DNA of 64,000 nt from Bacilli bacterium (GTDB lineage Bacteria > Bacillota_I > Bacilli_A > RF39 > UBA660): positions 358,885 through 422,884 of the forward strand of contig JAGAIS010000001.1 of assembly GCA_017626405.1 (NCBI GenBank). The letters are read 5' to 3'. Below, piece after piece: positions 47,901-56,539 of the stretch. The translations under genes and the position numbers were made by a program. Below the pieces are notes generated by a model. The model saw only the letters and a list, made by a program, of their open reading frames with translations. It did no database searches and was not told the origin of the DNA. Each line of letters begins with the position of its first letter. Positions within the stretch are counted from its first letter, which is position 1.

Positions 47901-50900
47901 ACAATGTGATTATCGTATTATTATTAATCGTACAGGTTATAATGATTCAACATTGTTAACGCTTGATGTTACAAATGGAATAGAGTCTTATACATTTACT
48001 CCTCCATTTGATCCTCTATACGATACATACTCACTAAATCTTCCTAATGATGTTACAAATGTCATATTAACAGCTACTTCTGATGCTGCTAAGCGAGTAA
48101 AAATAGGTTCTTCTAGTGTATTTGTTAAGAAGATTAACTTATTAACTGATAACCCTTCAGTTACATCTATAACAGTTACTGCTGAAGACGGAACAGTTAC
48201 TACTTATAATGTTACAATTACTCGTGAGCTATCTAGTGATAACTCTCTAGATGTATTAGAAGTGGCAGATCATGAATTAATACCAAATTTTGAAAGTGAT
48301 GTCTTAAATTACAGTTTTACAACATATGAACATTCACTTTCTATTTCGGCAATACCAACTAATCGATTTGCTAAAGTAGTTATAAGTGATAATTATAAAA
48401 ATCTAGTTCCGGGAGAAAATACTATAACTATTGATGTTACTTCAGAAACTGGAGATAAGAGAACTTATACATTGACAGTTACTCGTGAATTATCAAGCGA
48501 TAATACATTAAAAGAATTGTCTATTAGAGGAAATCAATTAATACCAGATTTTGATCCTACAGTAGATAATTACTCATTTGTAACTTCTTATGAAGGATTA
48601 GATATTTCTGCTATTCCAAATAATAAATATGCAAGTGTAGAAATATTAGGTAATATTAAACCTTTAAACGAAGGACTTAATGTTATTGAGATAAAAGTAA
48701 CTGCTGAAAATGGAGATATCAAATACTATACGATTTCTGTAACTCGAGTATTAGATGATAATTCATTCCTTAGTAATTTGACTACTAACGAAGGCATAAA
48801 TGAAACATTTGATAAAGAAGTTCTAGATTATACTTTAACAACTGAGAGTGAGTCTATTTCAATCATAGCTACTTTAGAAAGTGAATTTTCTAAATATGAT
48901 ATTTTAGATAGTGATTCTAATAAAGTAACTAGTATGCCAACTAATTTAAAATTAGGTGATAATGTATTTAGTATTGTTGTTACAGCTCAAAATGGCTTAA
49001 TAAAAACTTATAATTTAACTATTACTCGCAATTTGAGAAGTGATGCTAAATTAAAAGGTTTAAGTCCAATAAACGAAAATTTTGTAAGTACAGTTTATAA
49101 CTATACTTATACTACTACTGAACATGAAGTTACTATTACTCCAGTTTTAAGTGATGAATTACATGCAACTTACAAAATATTCAATGTTGATTATGATGAG
49201 GTTTCAAATAAAGTATCATTAAATACTGGATCTAATGTATTCTTGATTCAAGTAACTGCTGAAGATGGTACTGTTCTTATTTATAATTATGTAGTTACTC
49301 GCAATCCAAAAGATATAGCTACTATTGAATCTGTATCATTTGAAACTAGTCCAAAGATTGATAAGGATAATTTTGTATATTCTGTTACAACTGATGAAAC
49401 AAGTTTAAATTTTGATGATATGGTATTAACAGATCCTTATTCAACCGTATTAATTGATGGCAATAGTGATTTTGTCAATGGTGAAGAATCAATTGTAACC
49501 GTTATAGTTACTAGTGAATCGGGTAAGGTAAAAAATATTTATACATTTAATGTAACTAAAGTTATTTCTCATGATTCAACTTTAAAGAATATTAAACTAG
49601 GGGAATATGAATTATCTCCAAAGTTCAATAGAGATACGTTGGAATATGAAGTATTTGTTCCAAATGATTTACAGAATGTTACTTTGGAAGCATATTCTTC
49701 TAAAAACACTTCTATTATTAAGAGTATACTTTTAGATAGTGAAGAATTAGTAACTTCTTATAATAAAGATTTTAATGAAAGTATAACAATGCATCCAATA
49801 GCTGATGATCCAATTATTACTATATTAGTAGAAGCTGAAGATGGTACAACAAGTACGTATAAATTAAATGTTTTAAGTGAAGACTTAATTAATAATTATT
49901 TAAAAACTTTAACTGTAAGCTGTGGAGAATTAAATCCAGTATTTGATAAGAAGACTCAAGAATATGTTGTTTATATTCCGGATGATCAAACTACATGTAC
50001 AGTTGAAGGTGTTTCTGAAGTTAATATTGCTACTGTTACAGGAAATGGAGAATATACACTTCCATTAGATCAGAAGAGTGTAAGAGCTAATATTGAAGTA
50101 ACAAGTGCTAGAGGAGAAAAAAGAGTTTATACAGTAAGAATTAGAAGAGGTATTTCTAGTGAATCTAGATTATCTGATCTATCTATTAAGGGTTATAGTT
50201 TTGATATTCCTTTTGATCCTGATACTTTTGAATATAATGTTGTACTACCAAATCAAATAAGTCCATTAGATGAAAACTATTTTGAATATACACTTATGGA
50301 TGAAGATGCAACAATAGATTTCCCAAGTTTAGATTTAGTAACTAATGTTGTTAATAAATATGTTATAGTTGTTACTGCTGAAGACGGAGTAACTAAGAGT
50401 GCATATACTATTAATGTAACTAGAACTAAGAGTGATGATACTACTTTAAATACTGTTGATGTCATTGTAGGAAGTGAAACAATTACATGTACAATTGATG
50501 CTGATACAAAGAGTTGTACAGTTGATGTTCCTGCTGATACTAGTGATTTTGAAATTAACGCCCATCTATCTAATAATCAAAGCGTTAATCCAGCTAATAT
50601 TAGTAAACATGTATTTAATTCAGCTGATTATACTAAGACAGTAGAATTAAAAGTAATTGCTGAAAATGGTGTTGATTTTGAAAACTATACAGTTAACTTA
50701 AACAGATTATATTCAGATAACAATGATTTAATGAGTATCGAAGTTAACTATGTTCCTTTAGATGGATTTAGTAGTTCAAAACTTACTTATAATAAAACTG
50801 TTATGGGAACATTATCACAAGTAATGATAAGTGTAACTTTAGCTGATTCTAAAGCAACAGTTGTTACTGATTTAAGTCAGCCATTTGCATTAAATTATGG

Positions 50901-53900
50901 AATTAATCCAATATTAATTACAGTAAGAAGTGAATCTGGAATAGAAAAAACTTATGCTGTCAATATTAAGAGAAGTGACTCTGAAGATGCAATGTTATCT
51001 CATTTGGAAGTTAAAAATTATCCATTTGAGGAAAAATTCGATCCTGAAGAAACTGAATACACTCTTAGAGTTCCAAGAAGTAAAAAAACTTTAACTAAGA
51101 GTGAAATTATATATTCATTAAGCGATCCAGATTCAACTATAACATTAGATAATAAATTAGATATTGACTTTACTAAGCAATATAATATTTATAATGTTAC
51201 AGTTACTGCAGGAAATGGTGTAGTAAGAAAGACTTATCATATTAATGTCTTACCAGAGTTAGAAACTGTCAATACAATTGATTATGTAATTATCGATGAT
51301 AATATAGTAAAAGATTCTGATAATGATAATATTATTAATTATGATATCTTCGATGATGAATCAGAAGCAACTTTAACCGACATTAAACTTAGTGGTGAAT
51401 ATGCAGAACATGCAGTTAGATTTCCAACTAAACTAAATTATGGTACTCCATTTACATTTACTGTATTAGCAGAAAATGGTACTGTAAGAACATATACTAT
51501 TAACTTAGTAAGAACTAAAACTAGAGAATTAAAGTTGAGTAATATTGTTGCTAATTTTGAACCAACTGATGATTGTGATGGTATTTGTAATTTTAATACT
51601 GCATTTAACTCAGATACTTTAGAATATACAATATATGTTCCAAATGAACTTACTAGTTTAGAAGATTTAGTTATTACTCCTAAAAATAATTTACAAACTT
51701 ATAAAGTATTAGGTAATAGTAGTTTTGATGTAGGAGAAAATATAGTTATTGTTAGAACTGAAAACTCTTTAGGAGAAACACTAGATTATGTACTACATGT
51801 ATTTAGAGAAGCAAATAGTGATCCAAATCTACTAGGTATTAATTTTATTACTCCACAATATGATATATTGGAATTTGATGAAAATAATTATGAGTATTTT
51901 GTTGAATTTAATGCAATTTCTAGTGGTAATTATGAATTAGAATTTGATAAGAAACATTCAGGACAGACTGTAAAGGTTACAGGCGCTAAAGTATTGTACT
52001 TTGGTAAAAATGATATCATAGTTCAATCTAAGAGCGAAAGTTGTTCTACTAGTGTTAAAACGAGAGCTGGATGTAATCAGAGAGATTATGTAATTCATGC
52101 ATATCGAAATGAAGAATATAGTAATCTATTAAATGCTTTAACAGTATCTAATGGTAATTCTGGAGATTTGTTACAGACATTTAACAAATATAAATTCGAT
52201 TATACATTTACTGTAGATTCAGAAATATCAATGATAAAATTAGAAGGTATAGCTGTTGATGAAGCTCATACAACCGTTACAGGTAATGGAGAATTTAAAT
52301 TAAAAATGGGTTATAATTCGTTTAAGATTATCGTAAATCCAGAAACGGGAAATCCTGCAGTTTATACGGTTAATATTATTAGAGATCCATCAAGTAATGT
52401 TAACTTAGAAAACTTAACTGTAATGGATTATGAGATGACTCCAGAATTTGATAAGAATACAGTTGATTATTATGTTAATATACCAGCTACTGTTTCATCT
52501 TTAGATATTAGATATACGAAAGAGGATTCAGAGTCTACTGTATTGATAAATGGTAACAATAATTTTGTTACAGGAGAAAACTTAGTTAAAGTAATTGTTT
52601 TATCTGCTGATAAAACGAGAGGTAAAACTTATAATATTTATGTTACTCGTGAGAGAAGTACAGTAAATACATTAAATGGTATTTCAGTATCTAGTGAGAT
52701 AGATTCAAATATAGTTTACTATCCTATAAATCCTGCATTTGCTCCTGATACTAACGAATATACATTTAATGTTCCACACAATATTAGTAATGTTAATGTT
52801 GAAGTTACTAAGGGACATCCTGATGAATTTGTTACAGGCGATGGAGATTATGCATTAGAGTATGGTGAAAACATTGTTGATATTACTGTTACATCAGAAG
52901 CTGGCACAGTAAACCATTATCAAGTTACAATTAATAGAGAATTTAATTTCAGTGTTGAAAACTTAAGAGTTGTTAACGGTGATAATATCTATCCGTTAAA
53001 TCCACTTTATTCTGATACAATAGATGAATATAGTGTATCTGTTGCAAATGATATAGATAATGTAGATGTCTTAGCTGATTTATTGGAAACCTTAAATGAT
53101 GTAGATGGTCTTGGAAATCATACTTTAAAAACTGGCAATAATGATATTTTAATTACTATTAGTTATGGAGAAAAAGGAAGCAGAACAATTACTATTCATG
53201 TAGATCGTGAAAAGAGTAATGATGCCTCTTTAGCTGAATTATCCGTAGCTGAAGGTGTAATTGATCCAATATTTGAAAGTAATAAGTATGATTATGCTGT
53301 TGAAATTCCATATGAATATGAAAGTGCTACAATTCTTTATAAGACAAATGAAGAAAATGCAACTGTTGAAATAAAGAATAATACTGATTTAGAAGTTGGA
53401 GTTCCTAAAACTATTGAAGTAATAGTAACTGCCGAAAATGGAGATAAGCAAACTTATACTATTACAGCAACTAGATTGCCAATGCCTTCTGCTTCAAATA
53501 AATTAACAGATATGTATATTGATGAAGGTACATTTAATCCATTATTCAATATGTCAATAATGAATTATTCTACAGACGTATCTAAAGATACTAAGAGAGT
53601 TACTTTGCATGTAAGAGCTGAGGAGCCAAGATATTCAACTGTTCAAGTTTATAAGAGAGGTTCTTCTGTATTATCTACAATAGATATGAGTAAATCTGAT
53701 CCATCAATTCTATTAAATGTAGATTATGGAAAGAATACATTTATAATTAAAGTTACTAATTATGAAGGAAGCATTAGAAATTATCAATTAGATATATATA
53801 GATCTGGACCAAATGAAGCTAGAATTAAGAGTTTAGCATTCAATGTTGGAACTTTATCTCCATATTTTGATAAGAATAAAAATGCTTATACAATGAGTGT

Positions 53901-56406
53901 AGATACTTCTGTAAGCAGTGTATTTGAATCAGTAGTAATGGTTGATCCACTTGCAAGTTATACTATAACTGGAAATAAAAACCTAAAAGCTGGAGATAAT
54001 ACAATTACTATTAAAACTACTGCTCAAGACGGAGTAACGCACTTAGAGTACACGATCATAGTTAATAAGCAAGCTAGTGATAATGCATTCTTGAGTGATA
54101 TAGTTACATTCCCAGAAAAAGACTTTGAATTTAATAAAACTAAGTATTCATATACTTATCATGTTCCAGCTAATACTAATTCAGTTCAAGTAATTGGTAT
54201 TAGGGAAGATTCAAAAGCTAAAATTACGGGTAATGGAATATATACATTGGAAGATAATAAAGATAGAGTTATTACTTTAACAGTTACAGCCGAAAGTGGA
54301 AATGTTAAGACTTATACTATTACTGTTACAAGAAGTAAAGATAATAATAATTTCTTAGAGAGTTTAACTACAAATGAAGGAGTTTTAGTACCTGAATTTG
54401 ATAAAGAAAAGGATAGTTATGAAATTGAAGTAGAAAACTATGTAGATACGATTAACTTAACTGGTAAACCTGAATCAAGTAAAGCAACAGTTACAGGAAA
54501 TGGATTAAAGAATCTTACAGTTGGTTCTAACAAGTTCCAAATTGTCGTAACTGCTGAAGATGGAAGTATTAGAACATATTTCATTACAGTTATTAGAAAA
54601 GAAAGTGAAAGTGCAAAGACAAGTTTAGACGATTTAGTTGTTGTTGAAGGTGAAATTAATCCAAAGTTCTCACCAGAAATACTAAATTATACAGTAAATA
54701 TTCCATATGAATATGATACTGCTACAATTCTTTACACAGCACATAATATCAATGCAATAGTCGATATATCGGGAAATACTGATTTAGTAGTAGGCTCAAA
54801 CTTAGTTACTGTTAAGGTAACACTAAATGATGAATATACTGTTTATACTATCAATGTAGTAAAACAAGATCCATCGAATACTTACCTTTCTGATTTATCA
54901 GTAATAGATCATACTATTAATCCAGAATTCAATAAGGAAACAATGAATTATTCATTAAATGTTTCTTCAAAAACTGAGAGTATTTCAGTTAAGGGAGTTC
55001 CTGAATTATCGACAAGTAAAGTATATTTGAAAGTTAATAATTCAGAATATAAATTAATAACTGATATTACTGAAGTTGAATTAATTAATGGTAAAAACGA
55101 GATTATGTTTAAAGTTCTATCTAGTAGTAATGCAGAGCGTGTTTATAAGTTAATTGTTACTAAGAATGTAAGTGATGATAATAAACTATTAACATTAAAT
55201 ACAAATATAGGAACAATTAATCCTGAATTTGATCCAGATACTAATGATTATAGGATTGAAGTTCCGGTAGGTACTGAATCTATAACATTAACTGGTACAG
55301 TAAGTAAAGATGCTACAGTTAGCGGACTTGATACTTACAATGTTATTGTTGGTGAAGAAACTCACTTTATTACTGTAACTAGTCAGAGTGGTATAATTAA
55401 CACTTATTCAGTTAAAGTAGTAAGAGAAGCTAATAATGATGCTACAATTACGAATATAGTTCCTTCAGATAGTAATTTAAATCCAAGTTTCACATTAGGT
55501 GTAAAGAATTATAATATGGAAGTTGAGGGTGATGTAGATAGTATTTCATTTGCTGTTAATACGGCAGATAAAAATGCGACAGTAATTGGAAATAATGCAA
55601 CAGCATTATTCAATGGACCAAATACAATTACTATTACATCGATTGCTGAAGATGGTATTACTACTGAAACAGTAACTATCATAGTAACGAGAAAAGTAGA
55701 TATTATTTCAATTGATGTAGAACCTGAAATAGATATACCAATTGGCAATGATTATCAATTAAATGTAATATTAAATCCAACTGATACATATTATACTGGT
55801 TTAACTTATAGAGTTGATGATTCAAGTGTTTTAACTATTAATTCTGATGGTTTAATAACTCCTAAAAAGATTGGAGATACTAGAATAACTATTACATCGA
55901 CTAGAAAACCAAGTTTAGTAGTAGTAACTACAATTCATGTAATTAATCCAGAAATCCAATCTGATGTATATGTAATTAATAGAGATATTGGTTATGTTAC
56001 AGGAATGGAAGTAGGAGATACAATTGAAGATTTCATTAATAATTTTAAAAATGATAAAGAAACTTTAAGTGTTGTCGATTCTTCTGAAGAAAATGTATTG
56101 GATGCTGAAAATACTGTTGCAACTAGGTATATAGTTAAACTTATTATAAATGGTACTACATATGACGAATTAACTTTAGTATTAAAGGGCGATATTGATG
56201 GCGATGGCGATGTTTCTGTAGCAGACGTAACAAAAATTAGAAATGTTGTTTTAAGAAAAATTACTTTTGATGCTATAGAACATGCTGCAGGAGATATTGA
56301 TATAGATAGTGATATATCTGTTGCCGATGTTACTAAAACTCGTAATTTTGTATTGAAAAAAGTATCGACTTTAAATACAGATTTATACAAATCTCTTGAA
56401 GATTAA
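41956..56406 (+). CDS. giant secreted protein (4816 aa): 4 x glycine-rich (ALK/LTK-GRD-like) modules + ~38 cadherin-like beta-sandwich modules + Big_2-like + pre-dockerin module + dockerin
   Basis: 14,451 nt of uninterrupted reading frame in AT-rich DNA. Signal peptide ending VKA. Module content read directly from the translation; see the sub-features below. Confidence 0.92.
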   Translation: MRSKRISNNNFLFNIKLVLTCIILLVLFCVFPIDVKAIHGSNVYEFSYSGNYEVFTVPKSGWYRLETWGAQGGYRTNSSMGGKGGYSKGEVYLERGQELYVYVGGFGKTHGGWNGGGFQPVTKQYGGGATDIRIGGTSLYHRIIVAGGGGTDGATGIAGGAGGGYWAGNTSGGCGSGGNAASMSGAGSHRASFGIGGDGASWSGGHAGAGGGGWYGGGGADPDGSGDDDKGGGGGSGFAWSAQNATYAPSGYKVPTSLYMTNLSFGTGSRSGDGFARITELVLDGITSIEINRGTVPIDFKYNKYTYYLTVDNDVENVRFNIETEDDFTLTQSNRSTDMTTNLSVTNIITLTDNETGLVTTYTVNVRKQNYYLANVNGNVRYNYSYTGETEKFYVPATGIYTIQTWGAQGGYRNANYQYGGRGGYSSADMYLVKGEVLYVNVGGQGNTISLDGKTKGWNGGGYATGYYANGGQWYETTNIYGGGASDVRYGGNTLYNRVVVAGGGGAVGATGYAGAPAWGSSGTGCGSGGTAGGYTAGGTYRATFGRGGDGGAWSGGYAGAGGGGWYGGGGANPDGSGDDDKGGGGGSGFAFTSGLAQYVPSGYLVTSKNYLTNATLLGGGSSFPSPSGSNETGHGGNGYVRISPKLINGVQSVTINDGEVPIDFDYTVYTYYIPILDSVENVNVSFILNDGYSMVESYQGSYVLGDKKDYVYSVDVINDITGLTVNYTIHFKKQSGYLMSGTTGSYGYSYNGYPQKFVAPAAGIYTFEAWGAQGGHRGANNSGRGGYSTGQMFLNKGQIVYVYVGSNGNNKGWNGGGYQPGIGIYGGGASDIRVGGQSLYNRVLVAGGGGSVGASGNYGGVGGGTTGGYGVGSYGALGTPGTQTSPGGGGIAGSFGIGGNGYSANGGHGGAGGGGWYGGGGSTVDGSGDDDRSGAGGSGFVWTSDTASYVPDAYLVSENYFLMSAKTIAGNAAFPNINGTGNETGHAGNGFVKISFSLSYDFDITVSDNVTLDKEFDYDIKEYVGTLSTNDSSLVNFNVSESDSILKVVGDGTQEIHVGDNTFNIVITYVNGAVETFTYHIYREANNIDYLNNIYFDEHPLSEFNGGVEFNKDTLEYNLTLPYNMDEYELTVDKGSADQIITNLGHVINKNNSYSIPISVTNETGNSTRTYILNITLPHSSALKKITFTSSGDTVIEFPIEEGKTEFDIDFESYIASMIATPEVYDGEASAVVTGDGYIEDDEYIIEIDVTEPHVDPTHYVLHIRRITVSGYEKGLTYNGNVQTVIIPYSHEYLLQAWGAQGGRGGGRGGYSYGSVFLEKGTVLYVYTGGSGDSGGFNGGGTSKAGYGGGASDIRVGTDSLYSRVIIAGGGGGHGSDGCAAGGVGGGLSGGGSAGQGSCGTQAGGGTQLDAGAYGQYGNALGNKGKFGRGANAPSTGGSYYGGGGGGGFYGGGSGSTAGWSNGGGGGSGYVYTTETASSVERNTNWLLDENYYLTDAATLSGSNHFVSPSGSMETGHSGNGYTKISIPYQNSENNFLKGIVSNKGIVTPEEWDYDETTYYLNLSSSDVEINIEGIPADGKASVVGNGNYVIEAGTTEINLIVTSESGHTRTYTLIVIRDADSNPNPKNISVNGMLEQYCSLIEGACDYSFDVDVHEYDITVPYQIREIVMVVNKGHYFQTVNGDGLYALNGGMNDIVINITSEDQSSSSEYVYHINRDMTGNADLRVLRLTDPEYELNYSYNVSDYYVTIPHEKETVTLEAIADDPNATVNIVYPDGELDYGTNVVSITVTAQNGVTKEYRVFVNRLESNNAFLNELVISNITDGKDEIITPTPEFNKMNLTYNMVLENDVTKIKFDGVAEDEFASIEGLGEYELNVGNNTIKITVVAQDESKLTYTFNVNRKANANALLSSLSMDEHAFTEAFESEKFVYYVYVTGEITTATINATPEKDTSTYQIIGNTSSLVAGKNEIVVRVTAEDGTQCDYRIIINRTGYNDSTLLTLDVTNGIESYTFTPPFDPLYDTYSLNLPNDVTNVILTATSDAAKRVKIGSSSVFVKKINLLTDNPSVTSITVTAEDGTVTTYNVTITRELSSDNSLDVLEVADHELIPNFESDVLNYSFTTYEHSLSISAIPTNRFAKVVISDNYKNLVPGENTITIDVTSETGDKRTYTLTVTRELSSDNTLKELSIRGNQLIPDFDPTVDNYSFVTSYEGLDISAIPNNKYASVEILGNIKPLNEGLNVIEIKVTAENGDIKYYTISVTRVLDDNSFLSNLTTNEGINETFDKEVLDYTLTTESESISIIATLESEFSKYDILDSDSNKVTSMPTNLKLGDNVFSIVVTAQNGLIKTYNLTITRNLRSDAKLKGLSPINENFVSTVYNYTYTTTEHEVTITPVLSDELHATYKIFNVDYDEVSNKVSLNTGSNVFLIQVTAEDGTVLIYNYVVTRNPKDIATIESVSFETSPKIDKDNFVYSVTTDETSLNFDDMVLTDPYSTVLIDGNSDFVNGEESIVTVIVTSESGKVKNIYTFNVTKVISHDSTLKNIKLGEYELSPKFNRDTLEYEVFVPNDLQNVTLEAYSSKNTSIIKSILLDSEELVTSYNKDFNESITMHPIADDPIITILVEAEDGTTSTYKLNVLSEDLINNYLKTLTVSCGELNPVFDKKTQEYVVYIPDDQTTCTVEGVSEVNIATVTGNGEYTLPLDQKSVRANIEVTSARGEKRVYTVRIRRGISSESRLSDLSIKGYSFDIPFDPDTFEYNVVLPNQISPLDENYFEYTLMDEDATIDFPSLDLVTNVVNKYVIVVTAEDGVTKSAYTINVTRTKSDDTTLNTVDVIVGSETITCTIDADTKSCTVDVPADTSDFEINAHLSNNQSVNPANISKHVFNSADYTKTVELKVIAENGVDFENYTVNLNRLYSDNNDLMSIEVNYVPLDGFSSSKLTYNKTVMGTLSQVMISVTLADSKATVVTDLSQPFALNYGINPILITVRSESGIEKTYAVNIKRSDSEDAMLSHLEVKNYPFEEKFDPEETEYTLRVPRSKKTLTKSEIIYSLSDPDSTITLDNKLDIDFTKQYNIYNVTVTAGNGVVRKTYHINVLPELETVNTIDYVIIDDNIVKDSDNDNIINYDIFDDESEATLTDIKLSGEYAEHAVRFPTKLNYGTPFTFTVLAENGTVRTYTINLVRTKTRELKLSNIVANFEPTDDCDGICNFNTAFNSDTLEYTIYVPNELTSLEDLVITPKNNLQTYKVLGNSSFDVGENIVIVRTENSLGETLDYVLHVFREANSDPNLLGINFITPQYDILEFDENNYEYFVEFNAISSGNYELEFDKKHSGQTVKVTGAKVLYFGKNDIIVQSKSESCSTSVKTRAGCNQRDYVIHAYRNEEYSNLLNALTVSNGNSGDLLQTFNKYKFDYTFTVDSEISMIKLEGIAVDEAHTTVTGNGEFKLKMGYNSFKIIVNPETGNPAVYTVNIIRDPSSNVNLENLTVMDYEMTPEFDKNTVDYYVNIPATVSSLDIRYTKEDSESTVLINGNNNFVTGENLVKVIVLSADKTRGKTYNIYVTRERSTVNTLNGISVSSEIDSNIVYYPINPAFAPDTNEYTFNVPHNISNVNVEVTKGHPDEFVTGDGDYALEYGENIVDITVTSEAGTVNHYQVTINREFNFSVENLRVVNGDNIYPLNPLYSDTIDEYSVSVANDIDNVDVLADLLETLNDVDGLGNHTLKTGNNDILITISYGEKGSRTITIHVDREKSNDASLAELSVAEGVIDPIFESNKYDYAVEIPYEYESATILYKTNEENATVEIKNNTDLEVGVPKTIEVIVTAENGDKQTYTITATRLPMPSASNKLTDMYIDEGTFNPLFNMSIMNYSTDVSKDTKRVTLHVRAEEPRYSTVQVYKRGSSVLSTIDMSKSDPSILLNVDYGKNTFIIKVTNYEGSIRNYQLDIYRSGPNEARIKSLAFNVGTLSPYFDKNKNAYTMSVDTSVSSVFESVVMVDPLASYTITGNKNLKAGDNTITIKTTAQDGVTHLEYTIIVNKQASDNAFLSDIVTFPEKDFEFNKTKYSYTYHVPANTNSVQVIGIREDSKAKITGNGIYTLEDNKDRVITLTVTAESGNVKTYTITVTRSKDNNNFLESLTTNEGVLVPEFDKEKDSYEIEVENYVDTINLTGKPESSKATVTGNGLKNLTVGSNKFQIVVTAEDGSIRTYFITVIRKESESAKTSLDDLVVVEGEINPKFSPEILNYTVNIPYEYDTATILYTAHNINAIVDISGNTDLVVGSNLVTVKVTLNDEYTVYTINVVKQDPSNTYLSDLSVIDHTINPEFNKETMNYSLNVSSKTESISVKGVPELSTSKVYLKVNNSEYKLITDITEVELINGKNEIMFKVLSSSNAERVYKLIVTKNVSDDNKLLTLNTNIGTINPEFDPDTNDYRIEVPVGTESITLTGTVSKDATVSGLDTYNVIVGEETHFITVTSQSGIINTYSVKVVREANNDATITNIVPSDSNLNPSFTLGVKNYNMEVEGDVDSISFAVNTADKNATVIGNNATALFNGPNTITITSIAEDGITTETVTIIVTRKVDIISIDVEPEIDIPIGNDYQLNVILNPTDTYYTGLTYRVDDSSVLTINSDGLITPKKIGDTRITITSTRKPSLVVVTTIHVINPEIQSDVYVINRDIGYVTGMEVGDTIEDFINNFKNDKETLSVVDSSEENVLDAENTVATRYIVKLIINGTTYDELTLVLKGDIDGDGDVSVADVTKIRNVVLRKITFDAIEHAAGDIDIDSDISVADVTKTRNFVLKKVSTLNTDLYKSLED
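42073..42795 (+). repeat. glycine-rich module 1
   Basis: YEFSYSGNYEVFTVPKSGWYRLETWGAQGG..GGKGGYS..LYVYVGG..GWNGGG..YGGGATDIR..VAGGGG..GAGGGGWYGGGG..DGSGDDDKGGGGGSGF..GDGFARIT. Confidence 0.8.
43087..43890 (+). repeat. glycine-rich module 2
   Basis: Same motif order as module 1: WGAQGGYR, GGRGGYS, LYVNVGG, GWNGGG, YGGGASDVR, VAGGGG, GAGGGGWYGGGG, DGSGDDDKGGGGGSGF, ETGHGGNGYVRIS. Confidence 0.8.
44188..44943 (+). repeat. glycine-rich module 3
   Basis: WGAQGGHR, GRGGYS, VYVYVGS, GWNGGG, YGGGASDIR, VAGGGG, GAGGGGWYGGGG, DGSGDDDRSGAGGSGF, ETGHAGNGFVKIS. Confidence 0.8.
45763..46536 (+). repeat. glycine-rich module 4 (most diverged)
   Basis: WGAQGGRGGGRGGYS, LYVYTGG, GFNGGG, YGGGASDIR, IAGGGGG, YYGGGGGGGFYGGG, GGGGGSGY, ETGHSGNGYTKIS. 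Confidence 0.78.
46558..55692 (+). repeat. array of 33 consecutive cadherin-like beta-sandwich modules (about 92 aa each)
   Basis: Counted by eye. Each unit has the pattern L..L.v..g.l.P.F....y.Y...V...v..i.i.a.......a.v...g...l..G.N.i.I.VTAEDG...tYti.v.R. Five further copies are interleaved with the Gly-rich modules upstream. Confidence 0.75.
55696..55944 (+). other. Big_2-like Ig domain
   Basis: ISIDVEPEIDIPIGNDYQLNVILNPTDTYYTGLTYRVDDSSVLTINSDGLITPKKIGDTRITITS. Confidence 0.6.
56188..56361 (+). other. dockerin module
   Basis: GDIDGDGDVSVADVTKIRNVVLRK ... GDIDIDSDISVADVTKTRNFVLKK. Both loops have D at positions 1, 3, 5 and 12. Confidence 0.8.
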
Positions 56407-56436
56407 GAAACCTTAAAAATAAGGTTTCTTTTTTTT
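56405..56436 (+). terminator. Rho-independent terminator
   Basis: AAGAAACCTTA aaaa TAAGGTTTCTT perfect 11-bp stem followed by T6. Confidence 0.8.
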
Positions 56437-56539
56437 GCAAACTGTTTACATTTTTGATGTCAAAGATAGTAGAAAATTGACTTACTATTTGTTATACTTT
56501 AAATATAATAGGGAGAAGTAGAATGTAGAGGTTTTTTAT

